In this document: one piece after another, positions 38,754-50,768 of the stretch
How the letters are laid out: each line of letters begins with the position of its first letter
Numbering within the stretch: position 1 is the first letter of the stretch
Assembly (NCBI GenBank): GCA_050273025.1
Contig: CP158636.1
Location: 8,122,001 to 8,186,000, forward strand
DNA: 64,000 nt
Reading direction: 5' to 3'
Source: Cenococcum geophilum
Lineage: Eukaryota
Position numbers and translations under genes: made by a program
Notes under the pieces: generated by a model
What the model saw: the letters and a program-made list of their open reading frames with translations, nothing else
What the model was told of the DNA's origin: nothing
Database searches by the model: none

Positions 38754-41700
38754 AAACAAGGATTTGGAGCTCTTGCTGTACCTAGCCTAAAAAGACCAAA
38801 ACTAACCAAAAGAACCCTAAAAAACACCTAGAGAACCCCCCTAAGATACATGCATCGTAAGGGAGTTATATATTAAACGACGGTGGTTTGTACTCGCGTA
38901 TAACCGCCAGACCCACGCCTAGCAATGGCCCTCTATAATAAAGACGGGCGTATACTACACTATAAAGCAGAAATACCTCTATTAAGAAGGTATTTAATAA
39001 AATATAAAGCCTATTAAATATATTTAGTATCTAAAACTATAGGGGAGTAACCGTTAGCTATAACGAACTAATATAGCTAGTAGAATGGCTCCACTAGTCT
39101 AGTAAACCTTAGGCGCTACTCTAGTAAACCCTTAATTAAATCCTCTAATAGCTAAGCAAAATTAAAAATAAATAAAAACCCCTTTTACCGGCAAACCGCA
39201 CCTAGGCCGCTATAGCTACGCTTCTACAGTATAGGAAACCTACCCCCCTTAAAATAATAACTAGGTATATAATTATAATATAACCAAATATAGAAAAAGT
39301 AGAGGGGTTTAGGGAATAATTAGAAATAGAAGTTCTTATAAAGATTTATAAAGAGGTCTATAACGCTATTATAGTCTAATACCTTAGGAGCGGAGATATT
39401 AGAGTTACCCTAAAGGATTAATAGGTAAAGGAATAAGCTATAAGGGTAGGGGATAGGCTAGGAGAACGTATTAGCATAAAAGTGCTTTATAAAGATTACC
39501 TAGTTAAAGTCCTAGTGGTTCCTATAAGCCTTAAGGTAGAAAAGGGACGCTAGGCGGATAATATAGCAACTATATAGGAAATAGTAAAGCAAACGGAACG
39601 CCTTATACTAGGACTTAAGATCACCCGAATTTAATAGCTTTAATAGGAAAATATAAACTAAGTAAATAATAAGAATAACGAGAGGATATAAGGGTCGCTA
39701 GAGACTTGCTAGGGAGACACTAGACAAATACATAGCTCCCTTATTATTAGTATATATACACTAGGAATACAAAAACTTCTTATTTAAAAAGGAATAATTA
39801 TAAATGGCCTTATATATAATATAAGGCTTTATAACTATAGACTACGCCTAAAATAATACTATCGCTATATATAATAGGGATACACCTAATCCACATACGC
39901 AGCATAGGTGTGCTACGGCTACTGTATAAGCCCCTATAATATAAGATACTGCTTAAATTAAGACTAAATAAAATACGTAAACTGCCACTAAAGTATATAT
40001 AAGGCATAGGAGAGAGAAGATTATATTAAATATAGGAGACGGAAGATAAGGGCTTAATAGCTGTAGGAATAACTATATACTAGGTTATATAAATAGAAAT
40101 AATAGGTAATAAGCTAGGGGGACGCAGGCGCCTTTTTAGCGTTTCCTACCTTTAATACTAGGGGGCTAGGCTAGCCATCCTAAGCCTTAACGGGCCAAAA
40201 GCAACGCTATATAATATTACTAGACTAAATAGGGATATAAGGGTTATAGGGGACATAAGGGAGAGAACGCCCTATAGGAAGACCTCTATAGACAGCTATA
40301 GCAAGTTTAAAACCAGGATAATTAAGAATTAGACTTAACGCGGTAAATATAATATTTATAGCCAACTTATAAAGGGTATATAGCTAACTAGTAAGATTAG
40401 GGGAAAAACTAGAGATAATAATAGATTTAGATATAGAAGCGCTAGTAGGAATATAAGACATGGGAATAAAAAGCTCTATATAAAATAAGTAGCGACTAAG
40501 GTATAGATATAAGAGATAGAAATTCTAAATATTCTAGAGAAAGTAGAAATAGAAGAAGTGAGAAATGAAGGGGAGACGAAGGACCCTCGCTAGGGGTCCG
40601 CTACCTATCCATTATATAGTATAACTACAGTAATATAAACCACCGTCTTATAAGGCCCCTACTAGACAGTTTAGGCCTAGAAAAACACTATATCCTTATT
40701 ATATAAGAGCCGTATTATAATACCTATATATAATTAATATACTGCCCCTAAGGATTTTAGCTCCTATATAAACCAAAAGCAGCTATACGCGTGTACTTTA
40801 TAATTAGTAAGGCTATCAGCCTATCCTTATAGTTATAGCAGGTAGTTAACCTAAATATTATAGTTATAACAATTTAAACATATAGGGGACTAGTACAAAT
40901 TATTAATATATATAACCCTAGGATTAAAGGGGTTCTATAAATAGAGAATATTATATTAGTAATAAGCTTACTAGAAACCAAAGGTATAGAGTTTATCTTA
41001 TTAGGAGACATAAACCTCTACTACCCGTAGTAGGGGGGTACCTATATTACTGCCAATTAATAGATAGAGTGCCTACTAAAAGCTATAGATAACCTAGGCC
41101 TTAAGCTAGCCACCCCCCTAGGCGCAATTATATAGCAATAGGGCACCGCTAAAAGTATAATTAATTTTACGTTTATAGACGAAAACCTATACCGGAGACT
41201 TAAAAGGTGCACCCCTAAAGAAGAATAGGCACTTACCTTAGACTATATCCCTATCTAGATATAACTAGATCTGGATATTAAGGCGCAACTAAATAGCAAA
41301 AGATACGTAATAAGGAGGCTTAACGTAGATAGCTTCCTTAATACGATTAAATGACAACTCTAAGACCTAGAAGAAATCCACCCAATACTAAATAAGCGAG
41401 GCTTATTAGCTACCCCTAAGGAAATTAATTAAAGACTAGAAAGAATCTAGGCAGTAATTAAAAGCGGGCTAAAAGAATACTGCCTAGTCTTAAAACCGGG
41501 CCCCTATACGCAACATACTTAGTCCATATAGTACGCGGCCCTTATAGCCAGCCAATAATAAGTAAGAAGGAAATATATAAGTAGCTATAATTCTAAAAAT
41601 AAGAGATAATATAAAGACATAAGAAACCAGCTAAAGAATACCCTTAAAAAAGAAGCAAGGAATAACTAGAGACGGTTTATAAATAAATATACCGCTAACT

Positions 41701-44300
41701 TAAGCCTCCCCTATAATAAGGGCCTTTAGACTATAGTAAAATAGGTAAAGAAAAAGGCGGGACGCTTAATAAAAAAACCTATACCTACTACCCCTATAAA
41801 TAGCAGGTAAACTATAAGCTATAAACAATAATAATAAGAAGGCAAAGATCCTTATAGAAAGATTCTTCCCCTAACTAGCTTTAGTAGACCTTAGTAATAT
41901 TACTAGCGAAACACCAGTAACTTACCTAAGGGTTAACAGCGATATAATAACTAAAGAAATGGCCAGAACTATTAGCCGCCTCTTAAATAATATAGCACTA
42001 AGACTAAATAGGATCCTAAATAAAGCCCTAAAGACCTATAGACTACTTATAGCACCCTAGCTTATAGATATAGCTAGAGTATACTTTGTAATAGGCTACT
42101 ACCCGTAATTTAGAAGATCTATAACAACGGTTATCTTATTAAAAAAAGGTAAAACAAACTACTTAATCCTAGGAAGCTACCGCCCTATTACTTTAGAAAA
42201 TACCCTAAGCAAGATTTTAGAAAAGGTAATAGTAGACTATATAGTAGATATGGTAGAGGAACACGCCCTACTATTACAAAGCCAAATAGGGGCAAGAAAG
42301 AATCGCTTAACGCTATTAGCACTTACACTTCTCGCTACTACTATTAAAACTGCATGGGCTATGCGAAAGGACTTTATAGTATTAATGCTTAGCCTAGATA
42401 TTAGCGGCGCCTACAATAATATACCCTATAAGCGCCTCCTATATATTCTTAGGGCAAAGGGCTTTCTAAAATGGATTATATAATTTATTTAGGGGTTTAT
42501 AGGCTAGAAAGAAATATTACTAGTCTTTAACAGATACTAGAGCCCCCCTATTATAGTTGTAATAGGTATACTATAAGGATTACCTCTTTCGCCTATACTC
42601 TTCCTCTTCTTTATAAGCAACTTGCTTAACACCTTTAAAAATGGGGCAACCTAGGGAATAGGCTTTATTAATAATATAAACCTAATTATATATAGGCTAA
42701 TAGCCGTAAAGAATTACAGGACACTAGAGAAAGATTATAACACCTATATAGAATAGGTAAGACAATATAGAGTTTAATTCTTACTAGAGAAATACCAGCT
42801 AATCCACTTTATAAGAAAATGCAATTAATCTACAGATCTCCATTATACAATCCATATTTAAGGCTTTGGGGGTTAACCAGTTTAGGGCCTAAGGGTATTA
42901 GGAGTATAGGTAGATAATAAGCTCTAGTAGAGCGTAAATATAGCGCAAGCGGCCTATAAGGGCTAAGTATAGTATATCGCACTATCTAGGATTGTTAATT
43001 CTATATAGGGTCTATACTTTTAGAGGTCACGCCTATTATATATAGTAGTTATCTAGCTAACTATAATATATAGATCTAGTATCTAGGCTATTAGAGAAAC
43101 TAAGAAAGGCCCCCCTAAATTACTTCTTAAACCACTCTAAAAGGTTTAAATAGCCTGCCTCTAAAGCATAATAGGCGGGTATAAGCAAATAGCCACAGCA
43201 CTGCTTAAGAAGGAAGCTAATATTCCCCCCCTATAACTATATATTAAAGCCGCTATAATATAAAGAATATAAAATAAACGCAACTCTAATATTATAAAGT
43301 ATATTAAGACACGCCTAAATAAACTATAGAGGGACCCTAGGGTGCCCTATAGGAGAATAAACTAATAACCCTAAAGTAGGGAAGATATATTAGAGAAATA
43401 GGTAAAGAAAGTAGAAGAAGAATAGTGCTGCGTTAGAGCCTAGGCCTATATAGTAGAGGAAGAAAGACGCGTAAGAGGCCAGTAAAGATAATAGTAAAAA
43501 AGAGAAAGGAGCTAAAGTAGTGTATAAAAAAACGCCAGGAAACTATCTACCGCAATATAATACTGGCTAGATTAACGCTAGAAAGGTATATAGAAGTTAA
43601 AGGTACAGAGGCTAACTTAGGTAAGAGAAACCTAAGCCGTTATATGGTTAACACTATAGGGGGTAAATACTTAAGGGCTCTAAGAAGGCCTAATAAAGGC
43701 AGAAAATATAATAGCAATACTCTTAAGAACAGGGATAATAGGACTAAAAGATTGGCTCTACTAGGTAGGTGTCCTAGTAGGTAGCCTAAGATATAAATAT
43801 AGCTAGCTAAAACAGACACTAAAATACGTAATACTACTATACCCCCTACGCACTAACTAAGAAGTAATACTCTTAGTAGCTAGTATAGAGAACTATAATA
43901 CACTACTCTTAATATAAAAAGGTCTTAAGGCGGTTACCTAGTGGCTTATTAGCTAAAATGTGCTAAACTAGTTTAAGGTTACAAAGGAAATAGTAATAAA
44001 AGGTAAAGGGGTGAGCAATAGGCGCCCCTTAATAACTCTACAGTAGTAAAGTAAAGTTTGCAATACTAGCGCGTCCATAGGCTTATTATAGCAGTAGTGG
44101 TTTCTAAAGAGGTTAAAAAGTAAGGTAGTAGAGCACTACAGGTGACTTATAGGCGCTAAGTAGGCAAGTCTTAAAAGGCGGGGAGATGGATTATAGGGTT
44201 TTCTTAAGCAGAGTTTTCTCCCTATATGTAAATAAGGAGTAGTCTACGTGGGCCTAATAGGGATCTGAATCGGACGTTAAGCAATAAATAATAATAATAA
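38754..44300 (+). mobile_element. Tad1-like LINE, copy 1, near full length
   Basis: 17-bp TSD TAAAATAGGGAATATTA at 38737-38753 and 44301-44317. (TAA)n tail. ORF1 relic ~38925-40520. Confidence 0.93.
40590..44050 (+). pseudogene. LINE ORF2 relic (APE endonuclease, RT, C-terminal cysteine motif)
   Basis: De-RIPed IQYNC, IVQEP, GDMNLHHPQWGG, APGPDGIPN, SYRPITLENTLSKILEK, SLDISGAY (track ORF 42250-42483), GIPQGSPLSPILF, GFIDD. Confidence 0.88.
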
Positions 44301-46105
44301 TAAAATAGGGAATATTAGTAGGGATTAAGACCCTACTAAATATAATATTTATTGCTTTATAAAACGTAAGAGAAGTAGAATAATAAACTACTTTAGTACT
44401 TAGTAAAGGTAAAAAGCTAAAGGCTTAAAAAAATTTTAAAAATAAGATAAGCTTAAAGACCTATAATAAATAATAACCGATAAAGTAAAGTAATAGCTTA
44501 GTTTAGTAATATATAAATAAGCTTAAGATAAAGTTTTTTAAAGGTATAGGATTCTTAAGATAAGATAAGTAAGATTTAAGATTTTTAAAATAAGATAAAA
44601 ATACTATAGAAGCTTAGTTAGATTAAGGCTAAAGCTAAACTTAAGAAAGAAGTAAGCTTAAAATTAAGAGTTCTATAAAACTAAAACTTTAATATATAAA
44701 TAAGGACTATTAAGAAAATTAATACTAAGATTAAGAAGTAAGAAAACTTTAAGGATTTACTTATAAGGTAAAAAATAAAAAAACCTATAAAGAAATTTAG
44801 ACAGAAAATCCTTATATAGTAAGAATAGAAACTAGACTAAAGGTCTAGTATACTAGGTTATACTAGGGATAGAGCACCTATATAAAGAATAACTAATAGG
44901 CCTAAAGTAGGTATATTAAGAGTAAAGTAGCTTATTAAACTAGAATAAGAAGAGGATTTAGGGATTTTTACTAGGTTTAAAGAATAATATATAAAGGGCT
45001 ATTATAATATAGTAATAAGAAGATACTTTTTTATAGATAAGCTATATATACTTTAATAGCTATACTAAAAGTAGTATAGGTAACGATATAATAATAAGTA
45101 GGAAGATTTTTATATATAGTTAAATAAGTAAGTTATTTAGAACTACCCTTTTATAGAAAAGGCTATAAGTTATATTAAAGGAGCTTTAATTATAATGTTA
45201 AAGGATTTAAAGAAATAATTAGAGGACTAAAGAAGTAAAAGATAAAATTTAGTACCCGCGAATAAAGTTATAATATTTAGATTAATATAATAAAGGTTTA
45301 AACTTAAAAATAAAGATAAGTTAAGAGTTAACCTAAAGTACCTAGTATACTATACGCTATTATAGATTATATATATAGACGATATATATAATATATATAA
45401 GAATCTAAAAAAAAAAATTAGAAGTACCCTATAAGGATATATTAGGCGCTAAATAAGTAATAGTATAAAAATACTAAGTATATACACGGATAGTATTTAG
45501 TAAAAGGTTAAGAGTTAGAAGACTTAATACTTTAACTAAAAAGATTCCTTATAGAAAAATGCTTAAATTAATAATAATAGTAGGAATACCTATAAAAAAA
45601 AATTTATAGTATATAGAAGATAAAAAGTAAACTAGGTATTAGCTAAAGAATAAGCTAAGTATAATAGAATTAAGTAGCTAATAGTTAGAAAAAGTAGAGG
45701 CCTATAAAATTAGAGGAAGCTAATAGTAAACCCTTAAACCCTTAAAGGAATTTAAGGATAATACCTAAATTTATAAGTTAATTAGTAAGATTAATAGTTT
45801 AAAGTATTAATAGATAATAAAGTAACGCAAAACTATATTTTATTAGTAGTAGTAAAAAGAATAGGACTACCTTATAGATAGAAGGAATAGCCTTATCTAT
45901 TAGTTATAATTTTAGGAGATCTAATAACCTATAAAGGAGGGATTATTAACTTTAAAATAGGACCTATTTAAATAACTATTAAAGGGAGACGAATTAAGAT
46001 ATTTTTTAATATCTTACTATTAGGACAGGATAAGGCAGTATTAGGAATACCTTAGTTATAGAAATATAATTTAAGGATTAATTAGGTTATAGGTTAAGTT
46101 AATAT

Positions 46106-47119
46106 AATAATAATTCTTTAATTAACGTCTAATACGGATACTATCTAGCCCCACGCAGACTACTCCGTACACAAGGGAAAAGTAATATTGACGGGAAAAA
46201 ACCCTTGCTGCTGGGGGGGAGGAAAAACCCTATAAGCCACCTTAGTAGGATAAAAAACCCTAATTTGCCATATCCGTCCGTAGCGGCGGCCCTACGGGTC
46301 TACGGCTACGTCTTGTCCTCCTTGGATATTCAAACTCCTTAGGAACCACTACTTCCTTCTCTAGCTTACCCTAGCTAGGGTTTACTACGTCCTAGCTAGG
46401 CCTTGCTAATTAATTGCCGTACTACTGTTTCCCATATCTTGGCTATCCCCTATATACTATTTCTTGTCTGACCATTGCCATATACGCCATACCTTCCCCC
46501 CCCTAGGGCCTATCAAAGGCATAAGGGGGATTTATCCGTTCTAACTACCGTAATACTAATAAGCGAGCGGGATATTGTGTTATATTTAGGTATCTTTTAT
46601 ACCTAGGCCCTAGCTAGGCCCTTTCTAAGGGTTACTACTCCGTTAAAAGAAGACAGGGAAAACCGTGGGTCGCAATCTAGGCTGCTAGGTAGTATTTGGT
46701 AGAAAAAACGGCGAGTAACCGCATGCTCCGCGGGCGATCGCCCTGGGGGTTAGGAGGGGCCGTATATTTGCTCATTCGTCTATTTATTCGTTCGCGATTG
46801 CTCATTTGTTGATATAAGAGGTTGTTAATGCTTTTTATTAGGGGTTAGGGGATGCTATTGAATGCCGTATATCCACGTTGGATTATATAGGTGCCTTAAT
46901 AGGAGAATAGCGTAGCTGAATTGTAGAGGGCCACAGTAGTGGTTTTCGAGATCTCACCATCTGAAAAATTTTCACCACTGCCCACAACGCTCACAACCAC
47001 GACTACTAGGTCCTATCGCACGCTATACGACGTCTCTGCGTTAGCTCTGAGTCTAAACTTCAAAGACCTAGGTTCGTAGCCGTCACCACGTATAGGTGCA
47101 GAGTCCGTTTTCGACGGCC
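46106..47119 (-). mobile_element. 1014-bp non-coding SINE-like retroposon with a LINE-related 3' end and a ribozyme-like 5' end
   Basis: 14-bp TSD GGTTAAGTTAATAT at 46092-46105 and 47120-47133; empty site visible in A at ~9887-9900. (ATT)n tail. 3' end GGAGTAGTCTGCGTGGG..ATCCG.ATTAGACGTTAA matches the LINE 3' UTRs. Confidence 0.9.
47034..47119 (-). ncRNA. Predicted HDV-like self-cleaving ribozyme at the retroposon 5' end
   Basis: GGCCGUC-GAAAACGGA-CUCUGC-ACC-UAUACGU-GGU-GACGGCU-AC-GAAC-CUAGGUCU-UUGAAGUUU-AGACUCAG-AG-CUAAC-GCAGAG. This gives P1 (7 bp, first pair G.U), P2 (6 bp), P3 with a 7-nt L3, P4, and a CUAA J4/2. Confidence 0.8.
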
Positions 47120-47428
47120 GGTTAAGTTAATATTAAAAATACTTAATACTATAAAATATAATAATAAACTAAGTTAATATAGTACTAAGTTAGAGTAATA
47201 TATAAAGAGACTAAGTAAGGCTTAAGTTATATACTAAAGAGATACTATAAGTATAGTAAAAAGCTATAAAGCCTAAAAAGTAAAAAGCTAGTAAATTATA
47301 TAGTATAGGACTATAAGATATAGTTAAAACTAAAAATAAGTCTAAGGTTCTTTCTAACCTATAAGCTTACTTAAGAGAAATTAAAAGCACTTAAAGAATT
47401 TATCTAAAAAAAACTTATAAAAGGGATA

Positions 47429-47817
47429 ACGTAGTCTGTGGGCTAGTGGCCCACCTTAGAAAATATACCTTAATATCTTAATAACCACTTAATAATAAAT
47501 TCTAATAATTTGGATTTAGGCTTTTATATATACTCTACAGCTTCTATTAGAGTTGCATAATAAATAGTTTAGTAGTTTTTAAGATATTAAAATTTAGGGG
47601 CCAAAACGAGGCCAAATTACTATATCTTAAAAACTACTAAGCTATTAATTATGCAACTTTAATAGAAGCTGCAGAGTGTATATAAAAGCCTAAATCCAAA
47701 TTTTTAAAATTTTTTATTAAGTGGTTGTTGAGATATTAAGGTGTGAATTTTCTAATTTTTGGTGAGGTTTTGAGGTGGGCCACTTGCCCGCGTGGGCCAC
47801 TAGCCCGCAGACTACGT
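47429..47817. mobile_element. 389-bp foldback MITE, Fot1/pogo-type ends
   Basis: 26-bp TIR ACGTAGTCTG(T/C)GGGCTAGTGGCCCAC. TA TSD at 47427-47428 and 47818-47819. Inner arms are also inverted copies. Confidence 0.92.
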
Positions 47818-50768
47818 TATATTAGACTATTATAATTATTAATAAAATATCTAGTACTATTTATACTAAAGAAAAATAGAAAACTTAGGCTATATATTAA
47901 CTATAGATAGTTAAATAGCATTACTTTAAAAAAAAATAGGTATTCTTTACCCTTAATTAGTAAAATTTAAAATAGAATAGGTAATATATAAATCTTTATA
48001 AAAATAGATCTAAGATAGGCGTACTATTAGATTAGAATTAAGAAAGGTAATAAATAAAAGGTAGCTTTTAGGTTAAAGAAAGGACTATATAAACTATTAA
48101 TTATATAATTTAGATTAATAAATATACTAGTAATATTTTAGAAATAAATTAATAGTGTATTAAGAAAATACTTTAATATTATTATTATCTACTTAATAAC
48201 TAAGAAAGAATACGGAAAATACGTTAAATAGATACTAGTAGCAATTAAGAAATATAAGTTTTTTACTAGAAAGACTAATTTTATTAAATTTATTATTAAA
48301 CTAAATTATATTAATATAGACCTAAAAAAGATTAAAGCTATAATAAGTTAGTAAGAACTAAAAAACGTAATATAGTTAAGGTTATTTTTAGGGTTTTATA
48401 ACTACTATAAAAGGTTTATAGTATAGTAGTTAAAGAATATTAAATTATTTACTAGGCTTATAAAGAAAGAGGAACTATAGGTATAGGGAGATAAATAAAG
48501 AAAGTTATTTAAGGAACTTAAAGAGTTATTTACTTAAAAGCTAATCCTTAAGATCTATTAACTAGGACTAGATATAGTTATAGAAATAGATATATTAAAC
48601 TTTATACTAGGAGTATATTTACTATAAAAGTATAAAAATATATAACACCTAGTGGCGTACTATAGTCGGAAGATAATACTATTAGAGTTAAACTATAATA
48701 TCTATAATAAGGAGTTATTAGGTATAGTTAGAGTACTAAAAAAATTAAGAGTATTTTTATAAGGCGTAGAAAAACTATTTATAGTTAAAATAGATTATAA
48801 GAACTTAATAGGGTTCCTAATAATAAAAGAACTTAATTATAAATAGGTTAGATAGGTAGAGATACTTATAAAATACTATTTTAAGATTTAGTATATTAAA
48901 GGAATAGAGAATATAAGGGTAGATATACTTAATAGAAAAGCTAAACTATAAAATAATAAAAACTATTAGGAGTAATACTACGTAAAGATAATAATGGATT
49001 AATTAGGTATAATTACTTTAGGCTAGTAATAACCTAAAAGGATAGAGAACTAGAAAGAATCTATAAGATACTAAAAAGCTTTTAGGTATAAAGAATTTTA
49101 AAAGTATAGCTAAAAGATCTATAGATAAATATATATAAAAACTAAAAAGTAAAGTATATCCTAAAAAGCATAGCAGAGTATTTTATAGAAGACTTTTATA
49201 AGGGAATAACTTAAGGGCATAATAAAGTAATAGGCTTAGTATTAAAACTTTAAAAAGAATATATTATTAATAAAATCTAAGGTATAGCTAGAAAAGTAAT
49301 AAAGGAGTATTTAGATTATTAAAAAATAAACTAATAAGGTATAAGCTATATAAAAGGCTATAATCTATTAAAATACTAGAGAGATTATAGGACTTTATTA
49401 TTAAGTTACTAAAGTTAAGAGATTCTATTACTAGGTAGGAGTATAACGTAATTCTAATAATAGTAGATAAGTTAACTAAATAGGGCTACTTTATAGTATA
49501 TATAGAAGAAATCTTAGTAAAAGATATTACTAGAATCTATATTAAAAAAGTGTTTATAAAATATAAAGTACTAAATAAAATTATACTAAATAAAGATTTA
49601 AGATTTATAGTAGTATTTTAGGAGGTATTTTTAGCGAAATAAGGAGTTAGAGTAGTAACTTCTACTATATATTATCCGCAGACGGATAAATAAATAAAAA
49701 GATTAAATTAGACGCTAAAATAGTATTTAAGATATTATATTAATTACGTATAGAATAATTGGGTATTATTATTACTAGTTATATAATTTATATATAATAT
49801 AATACCGCAAGAAGGGATAGGTATATTACTATTTAAGGCAAATTATAGATATAAGCTAAGAATATTATTATTACTATAATAAGTAAAGAAAATAAGTAGT
49901 ACAGCTAAAGAAAGAGTAAAGATATTAATAAATCTTTATATAAACCTTATAGAATTAGTAAAAAAGGTATAAGAGAGAATAAAAAGGTACTATAACGCTA
50001 AGAGATCTAAGAGACTAGATCTTAAGAAAGGGAATAAAGTATAACTACTATATAAAAATTTTAAGAGCCGATAATTAAGTAAGATATTAGACTATATTAG
50101 GCTAGGACCTTTTAAAATTATATAAAGGATTTTACTAATTATATTTAAGTTAAACCTACTAGCTAAAATTAAGATCTACCCTATATAGTATATTATAATG
50201 CTAGAGCTAGTATATAGGAATATTAAGCTACTAATTTATAAAGTAGATATATATAAAGGATAAGAGGAAGATAAATAGTAAGTTTTAAAGATTATTAGTT
50301 ATAAGGACGTTAATAATAAAATATAGTATAAGGTTAAGTAAATAGGCTATAATAAAACTACCTAAAAACTACTATAAAATTTAAAATAAAAAAACTATAG
50401 GAAAGGTATAGGATTGTTAGAAGAAAACTGGTTAGGTAATATTAAGAAGGAGCTAAAGATAAAGGGATTAGTTAAAGGTAATAAACAAGCTAGATTATCT
50501 AGGAGATCCACTACTAGTATATAAGTTATTTCCGCCTTATTTTAATTAGAATCCTTTTTAGCCTCCTTAGCCTTAAGCTTAAATAGACTTTACTTTACTA
50601 AATATAACTCCTTTAAGCGTACCTTTTTATAACCCTTTACTAGACGACTTAGGCAAGTATAAGTATTTAGTTAAGCTTTTAGAGCCTAAGACGCCTTATT
50701 AAAATAATATTAAACTTTAATAAGGGCCTTAGCCAGCTTACTCTTTAGTCTTTTAGCCGCTACTAATA

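Noticed and set aside
38754..38925. Ribozyme at the LINE 5' ends
   Set aside because: Only a simple GGCGGT/ACCGCC hairpin; I could not build an HDV or hammerhead topology by eye.
46960..47119. tRNA- or 5S-derived SINE head
   Set aside because: No convincing A/B boxes or cloverleaf; the HDV-like fold explains the sequence better.
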